Source of the DNA: Bacteroidales bacterium | Lineage (GTDB): Bacteria > Bacteroidota > Bacteroidia > Bacteroidales > UBA932 | NCBI GenBank assembly: GCA_017477245.1 | Contig: JAFUWY010000027.1 | Location: forward strand, 118,942 to 182,941 | DNA length: 64,000 nt | Direction of reading: 5' to 3' | In this document: positions 21,891-29,598 of the stretch, piece by piece | Position numbering within the stretch: the first letter of the stretch is position 1 | Layout of the letters: each line of letters begins with the position of its first letter | Translations under genes and position numbers: made by a program | The notes under the pieces: model-generated | What the model saw: only the letters and a program-made list of their open reading frames with translations | Database searches by the model: none | What the model was told of the DNA's origin: nothing

Positions 21891-22259
21891 TCAGCGGATC
21901 TCCTTGCCGAAAGGGAAGATGGAGCCGATGGCCATCTTGAAATGCTGGAGGCCCCACGGGATCCCGACGATGGTGACGCAGAAGACCAACCCGAACACCA
22001 GGTGCGTCAGGGCGATCTCCCACCATCCCAGCAGGATCCAGAGCAGGTTCATGACCGTGGACAGGCAGCCCGGCTCGCCGGGGCCGTTGACCAGCTCATG
22101 GCCGAAGGGCCAGAGCGCGTAGGTGCCCAGCTTGAAGAGCTGCACCCCGAAGGGGATGCCGATGATCGAGATGCAGAACAGCAGACCGACCAGATAGTAG
22201 ATCAGCGCAACCAGCAGTCCGCCCAGGACCAGCCAGACGATATTTCCCAGGAATTTCAT
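21891..22259 (-). CDS. YccF-domain inner membrane protein
   Basis: MKFLGNIVWLVLGG and the duplicated IIGIPFGVQLFK / TIVGIPWGLQHFK YccF repeats ending in PFG. Confidence 0.9.
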   Translation of the reverse strand: MKFLGNIVWLVLGGLLVALIYYLVGLLFCISIIGIPFGVQLFKLGTYALWPFGHELVNGPGEPGCLSTVMNLLWILLGWWEIALTHLVFGLVFCVTIVGIPWGLQHFKMAIGSIFPFGKEIR

Positions 22260-22261
22260 GC

Positions 22262-22492
22262 TTACTTGATGTGTTTGATGTCTTCGTAGAAAAGGTAGTG
22301 GCCGTCGGCCTTCATGGCCTTGAGCAGCTCGTCCTGGTGGCCGTACATGATGCCTTTGTCACGGATCCTGACCAGGCGCTCGAGGAGTGCCCGTGCCTCC
22401 GGCGTCGCCTCCGGATCGGCACACCGGAAAGCCTGCGCCGACACAGCCAGCGAAGCTCCCAGGGCGAGGATGGATAAGAGGATGCGTTTCAT
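22262..22492 (-). pseudogene. Probable internally deleted GH26 beta-mannanase-like gene
   Basis: Signal peptide plus ADPEATPEARALLERL...KGIMYGHQD (GH26 N-terminal start), then an immediate switch to a short C-terminus-like tail; only 76 aa. Confidence 0.6.
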
Positions 22493-22522
22493 GGTCCCGT
22501 TTCGTTTTATGCTTTTCGACTG

Positions 22523-24310
22523 CTAATAGTGCGTATGGTTGGCCATCGTCTCCTTGAGGAAATCAGGGTCGTCGTTGGGCTTGCCGTCCTTCGGGGCGCC
22601 CGTCCATCCGAAGACCCGGAGCTTGCCGTCCGTCAGGGTGATGACCTGCGCACAGCCGTTCCGCTCGAAGTCGAACACGTGGTAGATGTCGCCGATGCAG
22701 CAGAGCCTGCCCTTGCCGTCCGGCTGCATCAGGAATTTGTTCCAGAAGCAGACGTCCTTGCCGTTGCCGTAGAAATCTCCTTTCCGGATGTCGGGATTGC
22801 CGTTCAGGCCGCTGGCCGGCCAGCGGAAGAGCTGGTTCCCCTCCGCGTCGATCCAGTAGATCTGGGAAAGGAGATAGGGATCCACCTGCCTGTTCCGGTA
22901 GAGTCTCGCCGCGGCTGCGACCGTGGGGAGGTCGTATCCTTCCAGGAAATGCCCCACCTCCATCTGCTGAAGGTGCTCAGCAAACGCGAGGGACTTCAGC
23001 TCGCCGGTGAACGCGTCGCGCACCTGCAGGCCGAGCTCGCAGGCGCCGATGACCACTTCGTCCGTGCCGTCCCCGTCCATGTCGGCGAAGCGGTAGGTGT
23101 CCGCATGGTCGTGGTTGTCATAGATGTCTTCCAGCTTGCTCCAGAGGATGTTGCCCTTGGCATCCACCACCCGGTAGCCGCCAACGATCTCGTCGATGCC
23201 GTCCTTGTCGAAATCGTGGGCATAGAAGTAATGTCCCAGATGGTCTTTCTTCAGGTGCAGCTCGTGTCTCCACACCTCGTTCAGCTCCTTGTCGTAGATC
23301 CCGTAAGTCTGGAACTGCCCGCAGTCGGAGTAGAGAAGCACGCTGGCCGGATACACGCCGTCCGTGTTCGCGACGGCGAGGCGGAAATTGTTGTAGACGT
23401 GCGGATGCGGCGCGCAGGGCCAGGGCGTCCTGTGCAGGACGGCGCCCGTCATGCCGTCGGCCAGCACGAGCCACTCCCCTTCCTCATCCTCTCTCCACTG
23501 GACCAGCTCCGCCTTGCCGTCCCGGTCGAAATCCCAGACCAGGCCGGGACATTCGAAGCCGGAGCGTTCGCGGGTATAGGCCTCCGGGGCCTCCCAGGAC
23601 CAGAGGAGCTTGCCGGCGTTGTCGTACGCATAGGAGGAGTATCCGGGCGAGAACACCACCATGTCCGTCTTGCCGTCCCCGGTCAGGTCGCCGAACTTCA
23701 CGCAGCTGGTTCTCGGCAGGTCGTATTCGCGCAGCTGGGTGATGTAGTCCGGCAGTTGGTTCTTCCTGAGGTCGGCCTCCGTCAGGTTGGGGTTCTTCGA
23801 CAGCACGATGCAGTCCAGCGAAGGGCGGCCCGTGATACGGGTGATCCAGAGCTGGGCCTTTTCCCCCTTCTCCGCCTGGATTGTGGCGGCGCGGGTGAAC
23901 TCCATCCGGTCCGTCGTCCCGAAGATGCCGTCGATGTACGCATCGTTGAGACGGATGCGGAATCCGTCCGTATACTGTCCGTACGTGTGTTGTTCGCTCC
24001 CTATCGCGCGGACATACAGGTAGTACGTCCCGCTCTCGGGATACGTATAGTACTTGAGATAGTTCGATTGCATCGATTCCGAATGCGTCCTGAACAGGAT
24101 GGCGAAATCGTTGTAGAGCCAGTCGACCCCGAGGGACGAAGCGCTCATCATCAGATCGTGACGGGGGATCTCGTCAAGCAGGTCGGAAGCATCGATGATG
24201 ACATCGGATCCGGATACTTTGTACCGGGGGCCGTAATCCACGCCGTCCGCGCTCCTGGAGCAGGACACGGCCGCAAGCAACAATACGGCAACGGCCAATC
24301 TCAATTTCAT
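22523..24310 (-). CDS. Lipoprotein with an N-terminal beta-sandwich and DxDxDG-repeat propeller, PL11 rhamnogalacturonan-lyase-like
   Basis: MKLRLAVAVLLLAAVSC lipobox; repeats FGDLTGDGKTD, WDFDRDGKAE, HDFDKDGIDE and ADMDGDGTDE. Confidence 0.65.
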   Translation of the reverse strand: MKLRLAVAVLLLAAVSCSRSADGVDYGPRYKVSGSDVIIDASDLLDEIPRHDLMMSASSLGVDWLYNDFAILFRTHSESMQSNYLKYYTYPESGTYYLYVRAIGSEQHTYGQYTDGFRIRLNDAYIDGIFGTTDRMEFTRAATIQAEKGEKAQLWITRITGRPSLDCIVLSKNPNLTEADLRKNQLPDYITQLREYDLPRTSCVKFGDLTGDGKTDMVVFSPGYSSYAYDNAGKLLWSWEAPEAYTRERSGFECPGLVWDFDRDGKAELVQWREDEEGEWLVLADGMTGAVLHRTPWPCAPHPHVYNNFRLAVANTDGVYPASVLLYSDCGQFQTYGIYDKELNEVWRHELHLKKDHLGHYFYAHDFDKDGIDEIVGGYRVVDAKGNILWSKLEDIYDNHDHADTYRFADMDGDGTDEVVIGACELGLQVRDAFTGELKSLAFAEHLQQMEVGHFLEGYDLPTVAAAARLYRNRQVDPYLLSQIYWIDAEGNQLFRWPASGLNGNPDIRKGDFYGNGKDVCFWNKFLMQPDGKGRLCCIGDIYHVFDFERNGCAQVITLTDGKLRVFGWTGAPKDGKPNDDPDFLKETMANHTHY

Positions 24311-24377
24311 GTCGGACATAAGATGAAGAGGATAAGTGAGTAAAACCATTCCGGGATTGCACAGTAACTCCCGAATC

Positions 24378-24385
24378 CAAAGATA
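24378..24385 (-). promoter_or_regulatory. Bacteroidetes -7 promoter element TATCTTTG
   Basis: Exact TAnnTTTG match about 70 nt upstream of the ATG at 24310. Confidence 0.6.
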
Positions 24386-24435
24386 AACAATTCTTTACAA
24401 TAATCCGCCCCCCCTTTCGCTCACAATATCCTGCT

Positions 24436-25047
24436 TCACCGGGACGTTTTCTTCTCGATACGCCGGAAAACAAACGGAGTGGAATAAACCTTGCCGGTGC
24501 TACGGTCTCCACCAGGAACGAAATCAAACGTGTAGGTATGTCCCCTCCTGGCGCTGGACTGAAGTTCCTTCCAGATTTGCTCCAGGAACGCTTCGGGACA
24601 TCCTGTCACACGCTTGCCGTAGTTGGTGTGCAGGACTTCGAGCAAGGTCTGTTCCTTGTCTACCCTATTGTCCACCAAGTACCTGTAGATATCTCCGGCA
24701 ACGGATGAAGGTGCATACAGGAACTGAAGGATACCCGTAGGTTCAAGGAAAGAGACATATTTCCTTTTCATCCGTGCATATTCGATCTCGCTGCGCGTAC
24801 TTTCCTCGACATAGCCGTCCACATTGATCACATAGATGGCATCAGCCATGTCGATCTTGCGCTTGTGCATGTCGTCCAGCATCTCCTTGGTCCCCTCGGT
24901 CCAGACCTCGTCATCTCCCGAATGCCCGAAAAGCCCCACGCTGATCACGATGTTCCCCTCAAGCGTCAACCGCTTCTGCGCCTCAAGGAACTGATCCTTG
25001 AAACGTGTGCTTCCACAGAGGGTTATGACGGGGTATTTGCCTTTCAT
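24436..25047 (-). CDS. Hypothetical protein: N-terminal Rossmann-like domain (nucleoside deoxyribosyltransferase/DUF4406-like) plus an unknown C-terminal domain
   Basis: VITLCGSTRF...MHKRKIDMADAIYVINVDGY..ESTRSEIEYA pattern; about 100 extra C-terminal residues. Confidence 0.6.
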   Translation of the reverse strand: MKGKYPVITLCGSTRFKDQFLEAQKRLTLEGNIVISVGLFGHSGDDEVWTEGTKEMLDDMHKRKIDMADAIYVINVDGYVEESTRSEIEYARMKRKYVSFLEPTGILQFLYAPSSVAGDIYRYLVDNRVDKEQTLLEVLHTNYGKRVTGCPEAFLEQIWKELQSSARRGHTYTFDFVPGGDRSTGKVYSTPFVFRRIEKKTSR

Positions 25048-25138
25048 GTTGCCTTTAATTCAGACTCGTTGGGCAGTGATGCTCCGAATCATGTCAAGAA
25101 TTAATGCTTCATTTACGCAGTCGATTTAGATTCTTCAT

Positions 25139-25561
25139 CTAGGGATAGATTCGAACCCTGAAACGTTCTTTCGGGTTAGTACTCCATTGTACCTGATATG
25201 GATATCCCCAAACGGTATCCAAAAGAATGAATGTGTATTTGTTCTTCGTGGGATACAATTCATACCTGCCGCGAATCTCTTCATCACTACTCTTCAGCAA
25301 AGAAGAATCATCAATAGCAACCTCCATGGCATCTGCATGCTCGTTCATGCTGTACTGAACCATCCAGATTGCACCCGTTGCAGTGTCGAGTTTCAGAAGA
25401 TTATAGATATTTTCCGTCTGGTACAACTTATAGCGGGGAGTGATAATCTCACCAAAGCCGCCATAGGACATACTCTTTTTGAGTTCATCGGCTGAGTGCT
25501 CCTGGGCAAAGGAAAAGAATCCCAGAAAGATAGTCAGCAAAACAAGAATGATTTTTTTCAT
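25139..25561 (-). CDS. Secreted hypothetical protein with two internal repeats
   Basis: Signal peptide; RYKLYQTENIYNLLKLDTATGAIWMVQYS versus RYELYPTKNKYTFILLDTVWGYPYQVQWS. Confidence 0.75.
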   Translation of the reverse strand: MKKIILVLLTIFLGFFSFAQEHSADELKKSMSYGGFGEIITPRYKLYQTENIYNLLKLDTATGAIWMVQYSMNEHADAMEVAIDDSSLLKSSDEEIRGRYELYPTKNKYTFILLDTVWGYPYQVQWSTNPKERFRVRIYP

Positions 25562-25935
25562 CTTTCCATTATCGTTATCACTGGTACCGTCCGGCCTATT
25601 CCGCCGCCTGTTTCGTAAGAATACACTCCAATCACACGGAACACCGTTCCGAGTGGAGCCTTCACGGATTCTCCATCGTAAAATGCCGTTTTCTTATCAA
25701 GCTGAAGGAGATAAATCTGGTCGTCAATATCTGTATGTCCGGTTTCTTTAACCAGGGCGTTGCCCTGAGGGAGGGCCTGAAAAACCGTAACCGATCTGAA
25801 ATACAAAACATCAGCGGGTTCCTCATAGTATGAAACACCCGAATGACCACGAATTTGAACAATAATAGAGGATACGACAAAAGTAAGAATAATTCCAGTG
25901 GCTATTCCCAAAACATAAACCAAACCTTTTTTCAT
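25558..25935 (-). CDS. Hypothetical protein with an N-terminal membrane anchor
   Basis: MKKGLVYVLGIATGIILTFVVS hydrophobic start; overlaps the next gene by 4 nt (ATGA coupling). Confidence 0.7.
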   Translation of the reverse strand: MKKGLVYVLGIATGIILTFVVSSIIVQIRGHSGVSYYEEPADVLYFRSVTVFQALPQGNALVKETGHTDIDDQIYLLQLDKKTAFYDGESVKAPLGTVFRVIGVYSYETGGGIGRTVPVITIMER

Positions 25936-25949
25936 ATTCTTCTTGTTAA

Positions 25950-28892
25950 TTAGGATTCAACCAACTTCTGATACATCTTGAACAACTCCGCCACAATCTC
26001 CGGTTCCGTCATGTCTTTGCGGAAACCGTACGCTTCCATCACCGCGGCGTCATTAGCACGGTGGGCCCTACGAAGTTCCGGAGGCATAGCCAATTCATCG
26101 TACAAATCAGCTAAACTGCTATTCGGATAAAGAGCGCGAGCGTCGAGGATGCCTTGGGCGGTCTGGCTGATTCTCTCTTTCTGAGCTTCAGTTGGTTGAG
26201 GCCAAGGAAAATTATTATAGACGATAGTGTTAGAGAAACGGTAATCGCTTTTGAGCCGACCACAAACATACTTCATCCAGCACATATGAAGAGATGAATC
26301 GATTACTCCAAAATGATAGATGGTAGAATCCTGCATAAAGAACAACATATCCCCAGGAACAACTTCTTTTGACAAATAATCCACAGGAATATAACGTCTG
26401 TCGCCAGAAGATACTTTTGGAATGGCAACATAATCACTTTGGGGCTCGTGTATTTCATCAAATAGTGTTGGTGTATCAGCTTTAACCCTAGTCGCCGCTT
26501 TCGTACTCTTCATACGGAAAGCCCTAACATTCTCCACTCTTTGAAGGACTAATGGACATTTTCTTAATTCAGAAGGATTTGCGCCAAGCAGCCATAAGCA
26601 ATAACGAGGCTCTCTCTGAATAAAATCTTTCCCCATCATAAATGGACGAATAAACTGTTCAGCCTGTGGCTCTCTACTCAAAAGTTCATTACGTTCCTCT
26701 TCGGTAAAAATAAAGTTTCCATCATCGGTTGGCTGGCAACCACGTACGAATGGAGGTACATCACATAGAGGATCAGACCGACGGTTTAGAAAAACGGTTG
26801 GCGCATCAAGTAAGTATGGAGAAATATTAGAAGCTTCGATAATTTCCTTGCCATCATATATCCGAAGCACCCGATGATTTTCCGCCAAATCAGATCCTGA
26901 GAATCCAATAATTACACAATGTACATGAGCTTGTAATGACGCTTCACTGTCCCATCGGAAAGTGCGATATGCAAAATCAATATGGACGCCATAGTTCTCC
27001 ATCAGGGGTTTCCATACCAATGACACTTGCTCGCCCTGTGTTATTGAATTTGTAGATACGAGAGCGGCTTTAATCCTGGTGCCCTGAATCATTTGTGCAG
27101 ACTTGTAGTACCATCCGACCACATAATCAATGCTTTTTCCACACTCCGGGCATATAGTGGCCAAATCCGCTTTCTGCTCATTACTTTGGTACTGGTAGCC
27201 AACGAACGGAGGATTACCCATGATGTAGTCGAAATCCACGTGCTGAGAAACCGGAATCTTCCGGGTCGGTAGGATGGATACCTCCCGCGTATAGAGATCC
27301 ACCGTCTTGAAATGAGGCTCCTGGAGAACTCCCGCAGCAGTCTCCGGATAAGGATAGACATTCGCGTGTTCTGCGATGATGGTTTCCGCCTCATCGGGCA
27401 CTTCCCATTCGCTCCAATCCATCCTCAGCGCATTTCCCTCCCTGATATTATTATAACTCTTCAACGGCAGGAAATCCAGGCTCACCTGCATGATCTTTTC
27501 GGTCTCGAAAAGCATCTGCGCCTCGGCGATCCACAGGGCTGTCATTGCGACAGACACGGCGAAGTCGTTGATCTCGATGCCGTAGAACTGGTTGATGGAC
27601 ACCCTGATCGGGTTGACCAGGTCGCCCATCACCATCTGGCCCTTGTAGATGATCCGCAGGCATTCGTTCTCCAGGCGCCTGAGGCTGATGAAGGTCTCGG
27701 TCAGGAAGTTGCCGCTGCCGCAGGCCGGATCGAGGAACTTCAGCCCTGCGATCTTGTCCTGGAATTCCCTCGCCCGCGTAATCCGCTTCTTCTCGCCGGG
27801 CTCCGCCTTGATGTCGGCGAGGTCCTGCTTCAGCTCGTCCAGGAACAGCGGGTCGATGACCTTGTGGATGTTCTCGATGGAGGTATAATGCATCCCGCCC
27901 TTGCGACGGGTCTCAGGGTTCAGCGTGGATTCGAACACACCACCGAAGATGGTCGGGGAGATCTGACTCCAATCGAAATCGTCGCTGGCGTGCCGGAGCA
28001 GCAGGTCGGCGATCTCCTGGGTGAAACGGGGAATCTCGATCCCCTTCTCGGCGAACAGGCCGCCGTTCACATACGGGAAAGCGAGCAGATCGTCCCGCAG
28101 ATACGGGTCGCGCTCCTCCCTCGGCGTACTCAGCACGTCGAAAAGCTCGATGAGGGCCTTGCGCATATCTCCGGTGCCGGGTTTGAACTGGACCAGGTAA
28201 TCGTGGAACTGCGAGTGGGTATCGAAAAGACCGGCATCCTCGGCGTACAGGCAGAACACCAGCCGCACGCACAGGATGTTCAAGCTCCGCTGGGAGTGCG
28301 GATCGTCCGGGTTGCGGTATTCCTTGCGGAAGGCATCGAAGATCTCGCCGATAATGGCGCCTGCGGCCATCGAGACCTCGACTTCCCTCTTCGTGTGGAT
28401 GGCCGTATCATCCACCAGGAACGACAACCGGTAGTACTCCTTCTCCAGATCTTCGAGTCTCACGATTTCGGGAGCATCGTTGGGGTGCTCCATGTCGTGG
28501 ATTTCGAAAGTCGTGAAATTACAAGCTACGATCCACCGGGGCGCCATCGAAAGAGGCAGACCGGTCGCATAACGTCTGCCCTGCTGATAGGGAGTGAGTT
28601 CCGATCCGTCGGATTGCCGGGCTTTGGCGGACAGGTCCACGTGGGAGCCCTTCTGCTCAATCAGCACTTTCGTTGAGACGATGTAGGCATCGATGAAATC
28701 GGCCCCTTTCTCTTTTGTAATCGTCTTCACCGGGACCTCGAACTCCATCAGCCGGGTCGGGTCGTCCACACCGAAAACGTTGTGGAGCAGGGAGAGCCAG
28801 AAGCGCTGGGTCTCGCCCTTCTCGTATCCCTTTCCCGTCCACTCTTTGATGAATTGCTTTGCAGCGGCAGATATGTTGCTGGTCTTGGCCAT
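25950..28892 (-). CDS. MmeI-like type IIL/IIG restriction-modification enzyme (fused endonuclease, adenine methyltransferase and target recognition domain)
   Basis: 980 aa; PD-ExK segment FIDAYI...VLIEQKGS, motif I FLDPACGSGNFL, motif IV MGNPPFVG, MmeI-type IFGGVFES...GMHYTS and YNNFPWP tail. Confidence 0.92.
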   Translation of the reverse strand: MAKTSNISAAAKQFIKEWTGKGYEKGETQRFWLSLLHNVFGVDDPTRLMEFEVPVKTITKEKGADFIDAYIVSTKVLIEQKGSHVDLSAKARQSDGSELTPYQQGRRYATGLPLSMAPRWIVACNFTTFEIHDMEHPNDAPEIVRLEDLEKEYYRLSFLVDDTAIHTKREVEVSMAAGAIIGEIFDAFRKEYRNPDDPHSQRSLNILCVRLVFCLYAEDAGLFDTHSQFHDYLVQFKPGTGDMRKALIELFDVLSTPREERDPYLRDDLLAFPYVNGGLFAEKGIEIPRFTQEIADLLLRHASDDFDWSQISPTIFGGVFESTLNPETRRKGGMHYTSIENIHKVIDPLFLDELKQDLADIKAEPGEKKRITRAREFQDKIAGLKFLDPACGSGNFLTETFISLRRLENECLRIIYKGQMVMGDLVNPIRVSINQFYGIEINDFAVSVAMTALWIAEAQMLFETEKIMQVSLDFLPLKSYNNIREGNALRMDWSEWEVPDEAETIIAEHANVYPYPETAAGVLQEPHFKTVDLYTREVSILPTRKIPVSQHVDFDYIMGNPPFVGYQYQSNEQKADLATICPECGKSIDYVVGWYYKSAQMIQGTRIKAALVSTNSITQGEQVSLVWKPLMENYGVHIDFAYRTFRWDSEASLQAHVHCVIIGFSGSDLAENHRVLRIYDGKEIIEASNISPYLLDAPTVFLNRRSDPLCDVPPFVRGCQPTDDGNFIFTEEERNELLSREPQAEQFIRPFMMGKDFIQREPRYCLWLLGANPSELRKCPLVLQRVENVRAFRMKSTKAATRVKADTPTLFDEIHEPQSDYVAIPKVSSGDRRYIPVDYLSKEVVPGDMLFFMQDSTIYHFGVIDSSLHMCWMKYVCGRLKSDYRFSNTIVYNNFPWPQPTEAQKERISQTAQGILDARALYPNSSLADLYDELAMPPELRRAHRANDAAVMEAYGFRKDMTEPEIVAELFKMYQKLVES

Positions 28893-29106
28893 GAGCTATA
28901 GTGTTCAATCGTGTAAATTTAGCAAAAAATACACGAAACCCACAACTGTCCCTGGCGATGCTTTCCATGACAATGTCCCTGGAATCGAACACGAGCGTGT
29001 CGCCATTCTTCATGCTGTCGCATCCGCAAGGACATCCTGTCAGATTTCGCGTCCATTTGATTCTCGCTCACACCAAGAAGGTTATGTCACATTGATTTTC
29101 AGTTAC

Positions 29107-29150
29107 TTACGAATTAACCTTCGGAAGTTTTTCCGAAGGTTAATTCGTAA
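29107..29150. repeat. Perfect 20-bp inverted repeat related to the one at 20102
   Basis: TTACGAATTAACCTTCGGAA-gttt-TTCCGAAGGTTAATTCGTAA; shares the ACCTTCGGA...TCCGAAGGT core. Confidence 0.85.
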
Positions 29151-29196
29151 CTTATTGATTATGAGGTATCGGGTTGTGCCAAGCGCGGAAATGTGA

Positions 29197-29262
29197 AAGT
29201 ATGGGTTCGGCGGCAGCCTTCGCTACCGCGGCCTCCCGATCAGACCTGTCTTCGGTAAATGA
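29197..29262 (+). pseudogene. Short 3' gene remnant KYGFGGSLRYRGLPIRPVFGK*, resembling DUF1566 / Fib_succ_major C-termini
   Basis: Hand translation; RxxGxPIRPV ending, GC-rich third codon positions, followed by a terminator; in-frame TGA immediately upstream and no start codon. Confidence 0.4.
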
Positions 29263-29276
29263 TGCCAAATGACGAT

Positions 29277-29306
29277 TGCCTCGGAGCCTGTGCTTCGGGG
29301 CTTTTT
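29277..29306 (+). terminator. Intrinsic terminator
   Basis: GCCTCGGAGC-ctgt-GCTTCGGGGC stem (with G-U pairs) followed by TTTTTT. Confidence 0.7.
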
Positions 29307-29430
29307 TGTCCCCTGGAAACACAGTAAACGCGTCATTTACATACCCCGTTTATCGGTGCTCAATGCGGTCAACGGCAACGAGCACGCGGAAAAGAAGGGC
29401 ATCCTGTCCATCCGGCTCTCGATGATAGAT

Positions 29431-29562
29431 ACAGGTGTCCACAAAAAGGCCCTTATACGCGGTATTTCCGGATACCTCCCCGGCAGATTGGCCTGAACAG
29501 GCTGTTCGGGGCGACAGGTGTCCACAAAAAGGGGTTCTGATGCGATATTTTTGGACACCTGT
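29431..29562. repeat. Two tandem approx. 48-bp hairpin units (REP-like doublet)
   Basis: ACAGGTGTCCACAAAAAGG identical at 29431 and 29514; each is followed at the same distance by the complementary arm (GGATACCT at 29470-29477, TGGACACCTGT at 29552-29562). Confidence 0.8.
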
Positions 29563-29598
29563 CTCGGAGTGTGCGAAAAAAGCATTATCTTCGGAAGC

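Larger units (their letters stand above)
24400..29200. mobile_element. Lower-GC accessory islet (three hypothetical genes plus an MmeI-like RM gene); boundaries approximate
   Basis: Abrupt drop in GC and codon bias relative to the flanks; defence gene cargo; no integrase within it. Confidence 0.55.

Noticed and set aside
24416-29072. TCGCTCACA present near both edges of the low-GC islet as a possible att duplication
   Set aside because: Only 9 bp, no integrase, and the right copy lies inside the fragment-rich region rather than at a clear boundary; compatible with chance.
29197-29262. DGR template repeat
   Set aside because: No reverse transcriptase, avd or matching variable repeat in the window, and the codons are not AAC-rich.
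29160-29270. Possible tRNA, SRP RNA or HDV-like ribozyme after the 20-bp palindrome
   Set aside because: No cloverleaf or GTTCRA T-loop, no SRP GGAA/AGCAG motif, and the HDV pseudoknot pairings fail. An outer ATCGGG/CCCGAT stem exists, but a gene-remnant reading fits better. An Infernal search would settle it.
29431-29570. Invertible (phase-variable) promoter bounded by inverted repeats
   Set aside because: The inverted arms enclose no TAnnTTTG motif, no recombinase is nearby, and the pattern is explained by two tandem hairpins.
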